Source: a virus (Duplodnaviria; Caudoviricetes). From it: 24,927 nt of DNA. This document shows, in pieces, positions 15,401 to 22,715 of the stretch; the first letter of the stretch is position 1; every line of letters starts with the position of its first letter. Both the position numbers and the translations under genes were made by a program. The notes under the pieces were generated by a model. That model was not told the DNA's origin, made no database searches, and worked only from the letters and a program-made list of their open reading frames with translations. The DNA lies in the IMG/VR virus record IMGVR_UViG_3300020045_007082, positions 1-24,927 of that record; one strand, 5' to 3'.

Positions 15401-16822
15401 CCCTGGCGTGGTATCCAGTACAACAATACCCCTGATACCCACAAGCGTAGCCTCGCCCGTAGTACGCTCACCGCCCCATCCGGCTTTATACGTTACAGTG
15501 ACCTCATAGGCACCCTCTGGTAACAATCCCGATTCTATCGATGTCCGTACAGGCGTGGGGGATCTTCCGTAGGTCGTTTTTTCAACTACTACCGGCGCAC
15601 CGATGGGAGCATTGGTGTCTTCATTAACCTGCTGGACGCTGATCTCCATCGTGACATAACTTTGGATTATGTCTCCGTCTGAGCCATCTACATCATAAAT
15701 GCCCTGCGGGAATACAAAATCACATATAACTCGGTTAATGGGTTGTCCGAGTTTCTGGCACCGGAATGGCCCAGCTATCTGCCCATCGGTCTGGACTGCC
15801 CTGCTGTAGACCGGCGATGGGGTTAACGGGGACTCATTGGCTAGTTGCCCAGCGTCTGAAGTGCGCTGGAATAGCGTCATTGTGGCGCCAGTACGAACAA
15901 TGGAGCCTACTGTGAATGTGATATTGTTGCTCGTGGTACCTGATAGCGTTACCACGTCTCCAGGCTGCAAACTGATTGAACTGGAAACACCCTCGATGCG
16001 GCCAGCGATAATCCCGCCAGCCCCATTGGTGGTCTGTGCAAAAGCATTGCCGGCCAATGATCCGGTTTCGACACTATCGGTAACTTCCTTGCTGAACTCG
16101 TAGTTGTCGACCTCTGGACTCGTGAAGCAGTTTTCCCAGAACGGGAAGGGTGCGGCAGTACTTGCCACCAGGGCAGCAATCTCGGACTCTATCACACCAC
16201 CAGTACTGTTGTGGTCATCCGGCCCGTATATCCAATACTGCACTGTTCCTGGAGCCATGATGCCAACAGGGGTGTCCCCTATCATAATGCTGATGTCAGT
16301 AAAGTAGCCCTGTCCTAGGCACAGCAGTTCATCCACATACTGGTCGTTGGACTCCCCCGCGAAAAAAGCATAGGGAACACTGGCAAAGCTAGGCGGGTAG
16401 CTTACCGTCCCATAAATGACCTCAATAGGCTCACCAAGTCGGGCTGAGTTTCTGGTGGGTGACAGCGAATAGACACTGGACTCTTCTGGCGCATTGGGCG
16501 CTCCAGGTACCTCAGGCCCGAATATCAAGTTGATCACATACCCAATGGCAAATGCTACAAGGGCTTGAATCAGATAGGTGCCGACCATCGCAAGGGTGAT
16601 TCCAGGCATCACGAGCATGGTGATCTGCTCATTCTCCTGAACCACATAGTCAAGATCATCAATAGCGAGTTCTTCAATACCAATGAAGACTCTGAGTACA
16701 CCGTCAAACCCGTAGGGGTATTCTTTCTGCAGGAAATCGATTAACTGCGTCCCTGGTGCAATCGGGTATTCGACTTTTGACTTTGCGTCGAGCGGATTGA
16801 AGAATATGCGTACTACGCTCAC
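12482..16822 (-). CDS. Central tail tip/host-specificity protein (gpI-like N-terminus fused to gpJ-like body, Asp-box and LamG-like C-terminus)
   Basis: ARLGEPIEVIYG, LCLGQG, DFVFPQG, ALFNAATI, FGDRIGV motifs; YSTNGGVSF and YSDDNGATW Asp-boxes; start GTG 16822 (GTGA coupling) or ATG 16831 rather than 16981. Confidence 0.9.
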   Translation of the reverse strand: MSVVRIFFNPLDAKSKVEYPIAPGTQLIDFLQKEYPYGFDGVLRVFIGIEELAIDDLDYVVQENEQITMLVMPGITLAMVGTYLIQALVAFAIGYVINLIFGPEVPGAPNAPEESSVYSLSPTRNSARLGEPIEVIYGTVSYPPSFASVPYAFFAGESNDQYVDELLCLGQGYFTDISIMIGDTPVGIMAPGTVQYWIYGPDDHNSTGGVIESEIAALVASTAAPFPFWENCFTSPEVDNYEFSKEVTDSVETGSLAGNAFAQTTNGAGGIIAGRIEGVSSSISLQPGDVVTLSGTTSNNITFTVGSIVRTGATMTLFQRTSDAGQLANESPLTPSPVYSRAVQTDGQIAGPFRCQKLGQPINRVICDFVFPQGIYDVDGSDGDIIQSYVTMEISVQQVNEDTNAPIGAPVVVEKTTYGRSPTPVRTSIESGLLPEGAYEVTVTYKAGWGGERTTGEATLVGIRGIVVLDTTPGATYGPVTLLAIRMKATQGLAAAARSRIRVTATRVLDPLDLTVLGNNPMTAVKDVWMSTEYGLGRPLSELDPHVTELETEWSIGDGPFVNGAFDQRGTGYEAMGRIAAAVAGKVVNNGGLTDVVIERSQDTRVALFNAATIIKDSLSITYNFDTNGDYDGIEAAYSDPETFEARYAYYPTSPLPEYPDTYNLWGITDSVYAQQMARYLDNVKANRRKLVRFETELDGWLVAFGDRIGVSFPMPLWGESGVIVEVISPTEVRVDKNLDWALDKVVMLRDSQGRPDGPYTVTQGATPNIIVFDAVPGITLHDMDAREPTSYVYGLEESMIMDFVVARVTPKGGSRFEIEAQTYSELIYNGAPPHMRPLTSASELLYFGTTYSNTPDSHPQIVASADGQIIVLNRRGSAVGTAGAFAYSTNGGVSFSTSSAGSSPGGNIRSLQYDYATGRVWADEYNSGQTDLYYSDDNGATWTEYPIPAGVGMVTNFVKSFGLTAAGEIIYLATSTNYDGTPNATRVTKHSSPPGDTSYIRTFRIDPSFDGTVNEIHGWRGYELMPGSNRILLRADADNTLLGPQNPWYGFFCNISGWSDGALPGDPGLGLLFLDNKFTSIRGNAYNKNGNMIQLRSHAINVSTFDSIAHDYSGTSPFPTFTVDWGLPVKNVCMTYSGTLGGYVLSAEDTFTVGGRLHLRYNTGTDFSIWSKIPSVRLSRFPVDYNARQLYWSHDNVYIYGYFTTGTVSVFDKITINEPAPIPFTGVLVHNHLDSKVGNDYPSAVGNPFNSVLPLYTPSKYGPYAMGYNQTNGAQLVPSASMIVEDFTVRAYYKPLSYETTSPRNSTVWMLGQLLPGQLTDIIQLYVDYTRTLRARCIIGGATKWSVAYSTPLAVAPAPDYYEIELEVCRETDLVTLFLDGAVVDQQPLVQRYQKWVGSNDMYLAAGPFSTNNVRYSRGPIDEVQVVNRSIWKGAAHPPSTGPYS

Positions 16823-17226
16823 GGCTTCCATTCCCCGAATATGATGTCCCTGAAGGATGCTTTGAACCGCGCCATCGGTTGATAGGTACTGGAGAACCCT
16901 CGAACTGAATGGAGTACACCTCCACCATAATACAGTCCCATATGGTGCGCCGACTTGGTTGTCGAGCAGATGACAAAGCACCCGTCCACAGGCTCATCGA
17001 GCGGAGTCCACGCCCCACTGGTAAGCTCTCCGGTGATCAGGTTGTCCAGAGTAATAAGGTCGGTTTCGTCGATCACCCAGTCAGGCAGCTTGATCCCATA
17101 CTGGGCCTGGTAAACCAGCTTGCACAATCCATAGCAGTCGACCCCTTTAAGGTCTCGCCCACCAAACACATAGGGGATTCCAATGTAGGAATTGAGCCAC
17201 CGTAAATCACCAATTGTTCTTGTCAT
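16819..17226 (-). CDS. NlpC/P60 tail assembly protein (gpK-like)
   Basis: YIGIPYVFGGRDLKGVDCYGL, HHMGLY, VLH. Confidence 0.9.
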   Translation of the reverse strand: MTRTIGDLRWLNSYIGIPYVFGGRDLKGVDCYGLCKLVYQAQYGIKLPDWVIDETDLITLDNLITGELTSGAWTPLDEPVDGCFVICSTTKSAHHMGLYYGGGVLHSVRGFSSTYQPMARFKASFRDIIFGEWKP

Positions 17227-17723
17227 CGTGCAAGCCCTGGAAACTTCTCTATAGTATACAGCTTTGACGGGAAAGGACGGTTTCTCAGGTTAGTCAACCC
17301 AGCCTCAAATGTTATCAGGAACTGTGTAGCAGTGACGCTCATAATGTTGAGAACCATCGGCGGGTCATTCTGGACTACCGTCGTATCGTCGGACAGATAA
17401 ACCCTGTAGGTCAGTACGATAGGACTAGTAGGGGTGAGTGAAAGGTTCTCAAGTTCTTCCATCAAGACCCTGTCTGCGTTGTCGATAGCTACCTGCAGAG
17501 CTATCTGTCCCTCGCCTGCTGCCTGTGGAGGGATAACATAGAACGGCACAAACTCGAATACCTGTATAGTGACACCGTCCTCCAGGGTACCCGTCCAGCC
17601 ATCGCGCTGATTGGTGATGTACTTTGTTGAGGTAAGGTTGGGATGCTCAAGACTGAGTGTTTCTATATACTGCCTCGCCATCGGAGCAGTGGCATATACT
17701 GCCTTGAGTGCACCAGAGATCAT
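17223..17723 (-). CDS. Minor tail protein (gpL-like, DUF1833-type)
   Basis: YATAP...IETLSLEHP, LQVAIDN, YRVYLSDD, FPSKLYT.EKFPGL. Confidence 0.85.
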   Translation of the reverse strand: MISGALKAVYATAPMARQYIETLSLEHPNLTSTKYITNQRDGWTGTLEDGVTIQVFEFVPFYVIPPQAAGEGQIALQVAIDNADRVLMEELENLSLTPTSPIVLTYRVYLSDDTTVVQNDPPMVLNIMSVTATQFLITFEAGLTNLRNRPFPSKLYTIEKFPGLAR

Positions 17724-19612
17724 CAGTAAACACCTCTACCGCGACCAAGAGAATATGCCCTCTCCATAGAGTCAGATACCTCGTTACCACCACGCTGAAT
17801 AGCCTGTGAGACCTGGCGCATGACCACGTCAATAGTAAGACCTTGCTCTGTCTGCCTGGGCCTTACCTCGACACCGGATGCCATGTTGTTCACAGTGACG
17901 TTCATGCCGCCACCGGACACGCCAAGTTTTCCATCTCGACCTCGTGACAACGGTATGACAGCTTCCGGCCCCGCCTCGCCCATTAAACCCATACCTTTTG
18001 CCATAGGAAACAGGGTAGGACTGTTTACTATTCCACCTCTTGCAAATGGGATCACGTTGCCATTACTGAAAGCGTTTCCTTTTGCCTGCGGGAGTAGCTT
18101 GGCAAAGTTATCACCGATAGCTGTTCCGCTGAAGGCAGAGGCTATCGCCTGGTATGCTGCCAACTTGAGCAGTTGGGCAATGATGACCTTTGCCATATCC
18201 ATGAAGCCATCTTTCAAGTCCTGCGTACCCATCAGCACACCGTCGAGCATTGTGGTAAATGCATCATCGAACAATTTGATCGCTTCTTTTTGCAGAGTCC
18301 ATCCTTCCAGACTTTCATCCATTGTGACCTGTGCCTTGCGCTGGATCTCGTTGAACTCCTCCTGCGTAATGATATTGGCCTGCAGTGCCTCGTTGGCTCG
18401 GTTCACTTCATTGGCGTACTTGGTCAACTCGGGATTGAACTCCTGCCAGAGGGCAAGCCTTTCACCCATGACCTTGCGTTCCGCATCGTAGGTCTCTTGA
18501 AGTTGTTTGAGGTATCTATCACCCTCCCTTATAAGAGCATCTGCTGCCCTCAGTCGTTCACGGTTGATTTCTGCAGTGCGGTCTACCGGTTTCTTTTCGC
18601 GTCCTCCTGATCTTCCACCACCACCTGACTTCTTTTCCCCGCTAGGTTCTATTTCTGCCAACACCACACCATAACCTTGTGCAGCTTCGGCCGACTTCTC
18701 GGTAGCAACACGCATGGTGTCTTGAGCCTTGGCAAGCTCGAGAAGACCTTTTCTCAGTTCAAGAGTTTCTTTGCTAACCTCTCCTGTAGTTACACCACTT
18801 TGTCTTAGTACCTCAAGTGCTGTCTTTGTAGCCTGTGCATCTAATCCGCTCGATTCCTGTACCTTCTGAATAGCATCATTAAAGCTTTCCAATTGTGGAA
18901 GAGACAAACCAAGAGTAGATGCAAATGCAGCTTGTGCTTCCGCAACAGCTTCTGCACGGGCCTTTAGTACTTCCAGATTTTTAGTTGTAGCCTTTGCAAA
19001 ATACAGGTCTTCTTCTTGTGGGCCAATAGGCTTTAATGTGTTTGCTACTTTCCCAGATGACAACCTCAACAATACTGTTTCATATTCCAAGGTATCGAGC
19101 ATCGCCTGCTGTGCTGCCTGGCCAACCTTGTTGAACTCTTCAGCCCACTTGTCCATGTTGGCGCTTTCTGCGACATCACCGATAGATGACATCGATTCAG
19201 AAAGTCCTGACAGTGCTTCATCTAATGTCAGAGCTTTCTCTTCTGCCGCCTGAAACGCTTTAATCAATACAGGTATCAATGCACCAACAATACCAATGGC
19301 AGCACCCATCGCGCCAAAACCGACAGTCAACTGTGGCAACTGCTGAGACAAGGCTCGCATCGGGTCAGTGCCACCTTGGATCTGTACGATTAAGTCTTGT
19401 ATCTGGTAGCCGGTGTTCTGGGCAATGTTGCCAATGCGCTTGTTGGTGTGCCCAAAGTCTTCAAATGACTTCCCTGTTTTCTTCAAAGCATCCGCTGTTT
19501 TAGGTGCCTGACGCGCAGCATCCTCTAGCCGTTTAACCATAGCAGCAAGAGCAGCATCGTTCTGTATCTGTACCTGTATCTTAATCAGATAGTCATCTGT
19601 TGTACTTGGCAT
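17723..19612 (-). CDS. Tape measure protein
   Basis: YQIQDLIVQIQGGTDPMRALSQQLPQL N-domain; Ala-rich helical body; FARGG...GEAGPEAVIPL C-terminal motif. Confidence 0.95.
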   Translation of the reverse strand: MPSTTDDYLIKIQVQIQNDAALAAMVKRLEDAARQAPKTADALKKTGKSFEDFGHTNKRIGNIAQNTGYQIQDLIVQIQGGTDPMRALSQQLPQLTVGFGAMGAAIGIVGALIPVLIKAFQAAEEKALTLDEALSGLSESMSSIGDVAESANMDKWAEEFNKVGQAAQQAMLDTLEYETVLLRLSSGKVANTLKPIGPQEEDLYFAKATTKNLEVLKARAEAVAEAQAAFASTLGLSLPQLESFNDAIQKVQESSGLDAQATKTALEVLRQSGVTTGEVSKETLELRKGLLELAKAQDTMRVATEKSAEAAQGYGVVLAEIEPSGEKKSGGGGRSGGREKKPVDRTAEINRERLRAADALIREGDRYLKQLQETYDAERKVMGERLALWQEFNPELTKYANEVNRANEALQANIITQEEFNEIQRKAQVTMDESLEGWTLQKEAIKLFDDAFTTMLDGVLMGTQDLKDGFMDMAKVIIAQLLKLAAYQAIASAFSGTAIGDNFAKLLPQAKGNAFSNGNVIPFARGGIVNSPTLFPMAKGMGLMGEAGPEAVIPLSRGRDGKLGVSGGGMNVTVNNMASGVEVRPRQTEQGLTIDVVMRQVSQAIQRGGNEVSDSMERAYSLGRGRGVY

Positions 19613-20355
19613 TACCTTATGCTCCTCTCCAGTCTTAATCGACGGCGCAAGTTCTTTCCAGGTTTTGTGAACTTATCAATAACAACATCTCTGCTGCCAA
19701 TGGTAAGCATGGGTGTCTGATATTTCGCCAAAGCGCCTGGTATCGTCTCTGCCAATGGATAGGTAAACCGTACCCCAAGCTCTGGGAATTTCCTTGCAAC
19801 CATCATAGCAGCATAGTAAATCACACCTATAGTCTTGGCATAATACAATGCGTTGCGCTCTACTGTACTCGCATAGGGTGCGACATTGGCAATCTGTATC
19901 TGCGATCTAGGATCAATATTATCCAACTCTGACACGCTGTTTATTTTCTTATATTTATTCATCAGTTTGAATGAAGCGCCATAGGCACCAGTGCTGACAC
20001 TCGGCTTGCCCGTTACGTTAGGTGCTGCAATGTAGTCACGGGTTTTCTGGTCTATGATACCAAGCGCATATACAACAGCTTCCTTGATCCTAAGGCCAGC
20101 TCCAATAGGACGGAAGATAAACTTCCTAGAATAGAGTCTCGGTCTGTCATGCATAAAGGCAAAGAACTTATCAGGGTCTCTGTATAAGTTATTGCGGGTC
20201 TCTGATGTAACAAATGAATTGTAGGTTATAGGCCAGCGTCCATAAGACTGCTCGCGAGCTATTGTAGTCCTTGACACATCAATCTTATAGTCCTGAATAT
20301 ACTGCGCGGTGCCTCTAACCGTGTCTTGTATTGTTTTGATGTTTAGCGGCTGCAT
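19612..20355 (-). CDS. HK97-gp10-like tail completion/neck protein
   Basis: VSTGAYGASF...IANVAPYASTVE resembles the VDTG..NxxPYA..VE motif; basic protein. Confidence 0.5.
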   Translation of the reverse strand: MQPLNIKTIQDTVRGTAQYIQDYKIDVSRTTIAREQSYGRWPITYNSFVTSETRNNLYRDPDKFFAFMHDRPRLYSRKFIFRPIGAGLRIKEAVVYALGIIDQKTRDYIAAPNVTGKPSVSTGAYGASFKLMNKYKKINSVSELDNIDPRSQIQIANVAPYASTVERNALYYAKTIGVIYYAAMMVARKFPELGVRFTYPLAETIPGALAKYQTPMLTIGSRDVVIDKFTKPGKNLRRRLRLERSIR

Positions 20356-20662
20356 TTCTAGAATCCTTGTTCATATCCCGCACAATACAAGCATCGGACT
20401 GTAGCAGCACAGGCTCCCACCAATCCGGCAGGTTAAACCTGTCGAGGTAGCGCCACACCATCGAAACAGGTATTGACGTTACACCCATTCCACCAGGCCT
20501 TTCCGTACTCAGTTCCAGCAGCGCACCGATCAACGGACGCTGTCTTGTGACATCAGGCCGGATGTCATCCTCTTTCAGTTTGCCGCTGCGCTCAAGGTTG
20601 GCGTAGAAGTTTTCACGCCCTGCCCATTTGCCTTGCCACTGGACAAAGCTGGTGACTTTTTT
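20315..20662 (-). CDS. Tail assembly chaperone, -1 frameshift extension (gpT-like)
   Basis: -1 frame from the slip site is open: KVTSFVQWQGKWAGRENFYANLERSGKLKEDDIRPDVTRQRPLIGALLELSTERPGGMG... to stop at 20315. Confidence 0.85.
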   Translation of the reverse strand, partial: KKVTSFVQWQGKWAGRENFYANLERSGKLKEDDIRPDVTRQRPLIGALLELSTERPGGMGVTSIPVSMVWRYLDRFNLPDWWEPVLLQSDACIVRDMNKDSRNAAAKHQNNTRHG

Positions 20663-21024
20663 ACGGAGTCCTCAACTTTTTCGTCTATCTCTTTGGTCAA
20701 TTCATTGGCCTTTCTCATCAACTCCTCAACCGCGGCAGGGTATTCATCCTGGAATCCAGCAGGGATCGGATCTCCGTCCATAGAGATAAGACAGTTAGCC
20801 ATAAAAGCATCTTCCTGCGCGAACTTTGTCGCCATCAGAGAACTGCCTGTTTTGATGCCATCCGGCCCCATCGACCACTCAATCGATGCATACATAGCCT
20901 GAGTGTAACCTCGGTTGTACTGCGACGGCAGGCGAACCTTGAACACCACCTCTGGCGCATTATCAAGACGGATATCTACACCATCAGTGAATGCCTTGTC
21001 GAGCTTGTAACTTTCGAGTCCCAT
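20575..21024 (-). CDS. Tail assembly chaperone (gpG-like)
   Basis: Directly after tail tube gene; contains slippery site. Confidence 0.85.
   Translation of the reverse strand: MGLESYKLDKAFTDGVDIRLDNAPEVVFKVRLPSQYNRGYTQAMYASIEWSMGPDGIKTGSSLMATKFAQEDAFMANCLISMDGDPIPAGFQDEYPAAVEELMRKANELTKEIDEKVEDSVKKSPALSSGKANGQGVKTSTPTLSAAAN
20656..20662 (-). other. Programmed -1 frameshift heptamer A-AAA-AAG
   Basis: GTA AAA AAG in the zero frame. Confidence 0.85.
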
Positions 21025-22253
21025 TATGCCTCCAGTTTGTAGATGCGGATTGCAGACTCACCATTGGGGCCAACCTTTGCCGTGCCAGTGGCGTTGATCA
21101 TGACCTGGGCATTCTGTCCCGTCGCCGCCGGATCAGGGAACGTCAACTGCGCTGCTATGATGCTGAAAGCATAACCGCCATTCGCATTCTCAGCAGAGAA
21201 AGTAAACGACACTGGCACCTGCGACATCTTGTTTGCCATGAAAGAGTCATAGGATGAATCGGAGTTGTACATATCCACCGTAAGGGTTATCTCACAAGTT
21301 CCAAGTGAGTAATCCTGAGGTGCGATCTTTCCAATACAGTTCTGCGGATCAAGACCGTTAGACAACTGCAGTGAGATATTCTCGATACAGAAGTCAGTGG
21401 CTATCCAGCCGTCCTTTGTCACCAAAGGCATATCAACCGATGCGTTCAACGGATTGGCAGTACCAGCCTCATTAACCGTACCACCGGCAGTGACAACTGC
21501 CTGGGCATAGCTCGGGAACTCCTGCTCATACCCGTTGCCGCTCGTGGAGAAAGAACCCGACAGGATCGCGCCATAGGCAGCATCAACTGTAAACCCTGAA
21601 ACAAGACAACCGGAATACGTCTGGCTATGTTGATCAGTGGTAAGAAGATGTGTCACGTCCTGATACGCTTTGCTGACAGTAAAGCTCTTCTTGGTTGATC
21701 CGATCTCGGCATAACTCGGAACAGCAACGGATGAGGGTTCTGTAGTCAATGGACGCTGACCTCTTGCCGTGGCAACCGTAAATTCAGTATTGGCGACATC
21801 GATGCTGGTAACCACGAGCAGGAACTTGGGTTCTGCAATATCCGTCGGGATAACCTGCAGGACATCACCGACAGCGACACCAGGCAAGGTAACGCTCAAA
21901 ACAAGATCCGCTTCCTGATCGTTCGATGGATTTGGAGTAAGAGTGACGTTTGCCGTGACCTGTGACGCAGCGACCCATGTTGTCATAAGCCCAGCTTCAA
22001 ACCAGTCATCGAAAAAGACATCCCTGCTCAACTCAAAGTTGATATCGCCACCAACCGTGAGACCGGTAACAACCTGCCCACTGGACATGCGGTCTGTTCG
22101 CAGTTCAGTACTCACCTGTGTCTCAGGGGTGCCAGAAAGGGATTCGCTCGTGAATCGAGCAGTATCCAGGGCAACGGCAGGAGCTGGCGCAGGCACAACC
22201 CCATAAGATGCTTCTGGCGTGTATGTTACTGACACCAAGTTTGAACTGGACAT
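21024..22253 (-). CDS. Major tail tube protein
   Basis: TPEASYG..P, RFTSESL, STELRTDR, VGGDINFELS motifs; position upstream of chaperones. Confidence 0.9.
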   Translation of the reverse strand: MSSSNLVSVTYTPEASYGVVPAPAPAVALDTARFTSESLSGTPETQVSTELRTDRMSSGQVVTGLTVGGDINFELSRDVFFDDWFEAGLMTTWVAASQVTANVTLTPNPSNDQEADLVLSVTLPGVAVGDVLQVIPTDIAEPKFLLVVTSIDVANTEFTVATARGQRPLTTEPSSVAVPSYAEIGSTKKSFTVSKAYQDVTHLLTTDQHSQTYSGCLVSGFTVDAAYGAILSGSFSTSGNGYEQEFPSYAQAVVTAGGTVNEAGTANPLNASVDMPLVTKDGWIATDFCIENISLQLSNGLDPQNCIGKIAPQDYSLGTCEITLTVDMYNSDSSYDSFMANKMSQVPVSFTFSAENANGGYAFSIIAAQLTFPDPAATGQNAQVMINATGTAKVGPNGESAIRIYKLEA

Positions 22254-22263
22254 AACTACTCTC

Positions 22264-22698
22264 CTAGCCGCATGAGCGGTTTACATAAAATAATGATGCA
22301 GCATAGCCATGCACTGCACCTTTCACACCAATCCCTCCGGCACCAAAATCCACAAAAGGACTCATACTTTGCACCGTAATTTCTGGAGTCAGCCTTCTGC
22401 CCCGTATTCCTGTCTGGATAGTATATCCCTTGTTGACAGGAGATGAACTAGAAAACCCTGTTGGAACTACCAAATGAATAACCGCAACTCCTGTTTCTTC
22501 GTAACCCTGGTTACCCTCTCCACCTATTGTCTGAAGCTGATCATCTGCAGCAACGTACTGTATCAAAACAGCCTCGGCATCAATAGTCGCCAATACCTCT
22601 TCCATTGTCTGGAAGTCGGACAAATCAAACGTCGGCCAGGGAGCAGCGAGTGCCGTCACTGCCTGGTTGATCGCATCTCTGACTTGTGGGCTACTCAT
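22264..22698 (-). CDS. Tail terminator-like protein
   Basis: 144 aa, upstream of tube gene; YEETGVAVIHLVVPTG motif. Confidence 0.7.
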   Translation of the reverse strand: MSSPQVRDAINQAVTALAAPWPTFDLSDFQTMEEVLATIDAEAVLIQYVAADDQLQTIGGEGNQGYEETGVAVIHLVVPTGFSSSSPVNKGYTIQTGIRGRRLTPEITVQSMSPFVDFGAGGIGVKGAVHGYAASLFYVNRSCG

Positions 22699-22715
22699 TA
22701 CATTTTGCCTTCATG

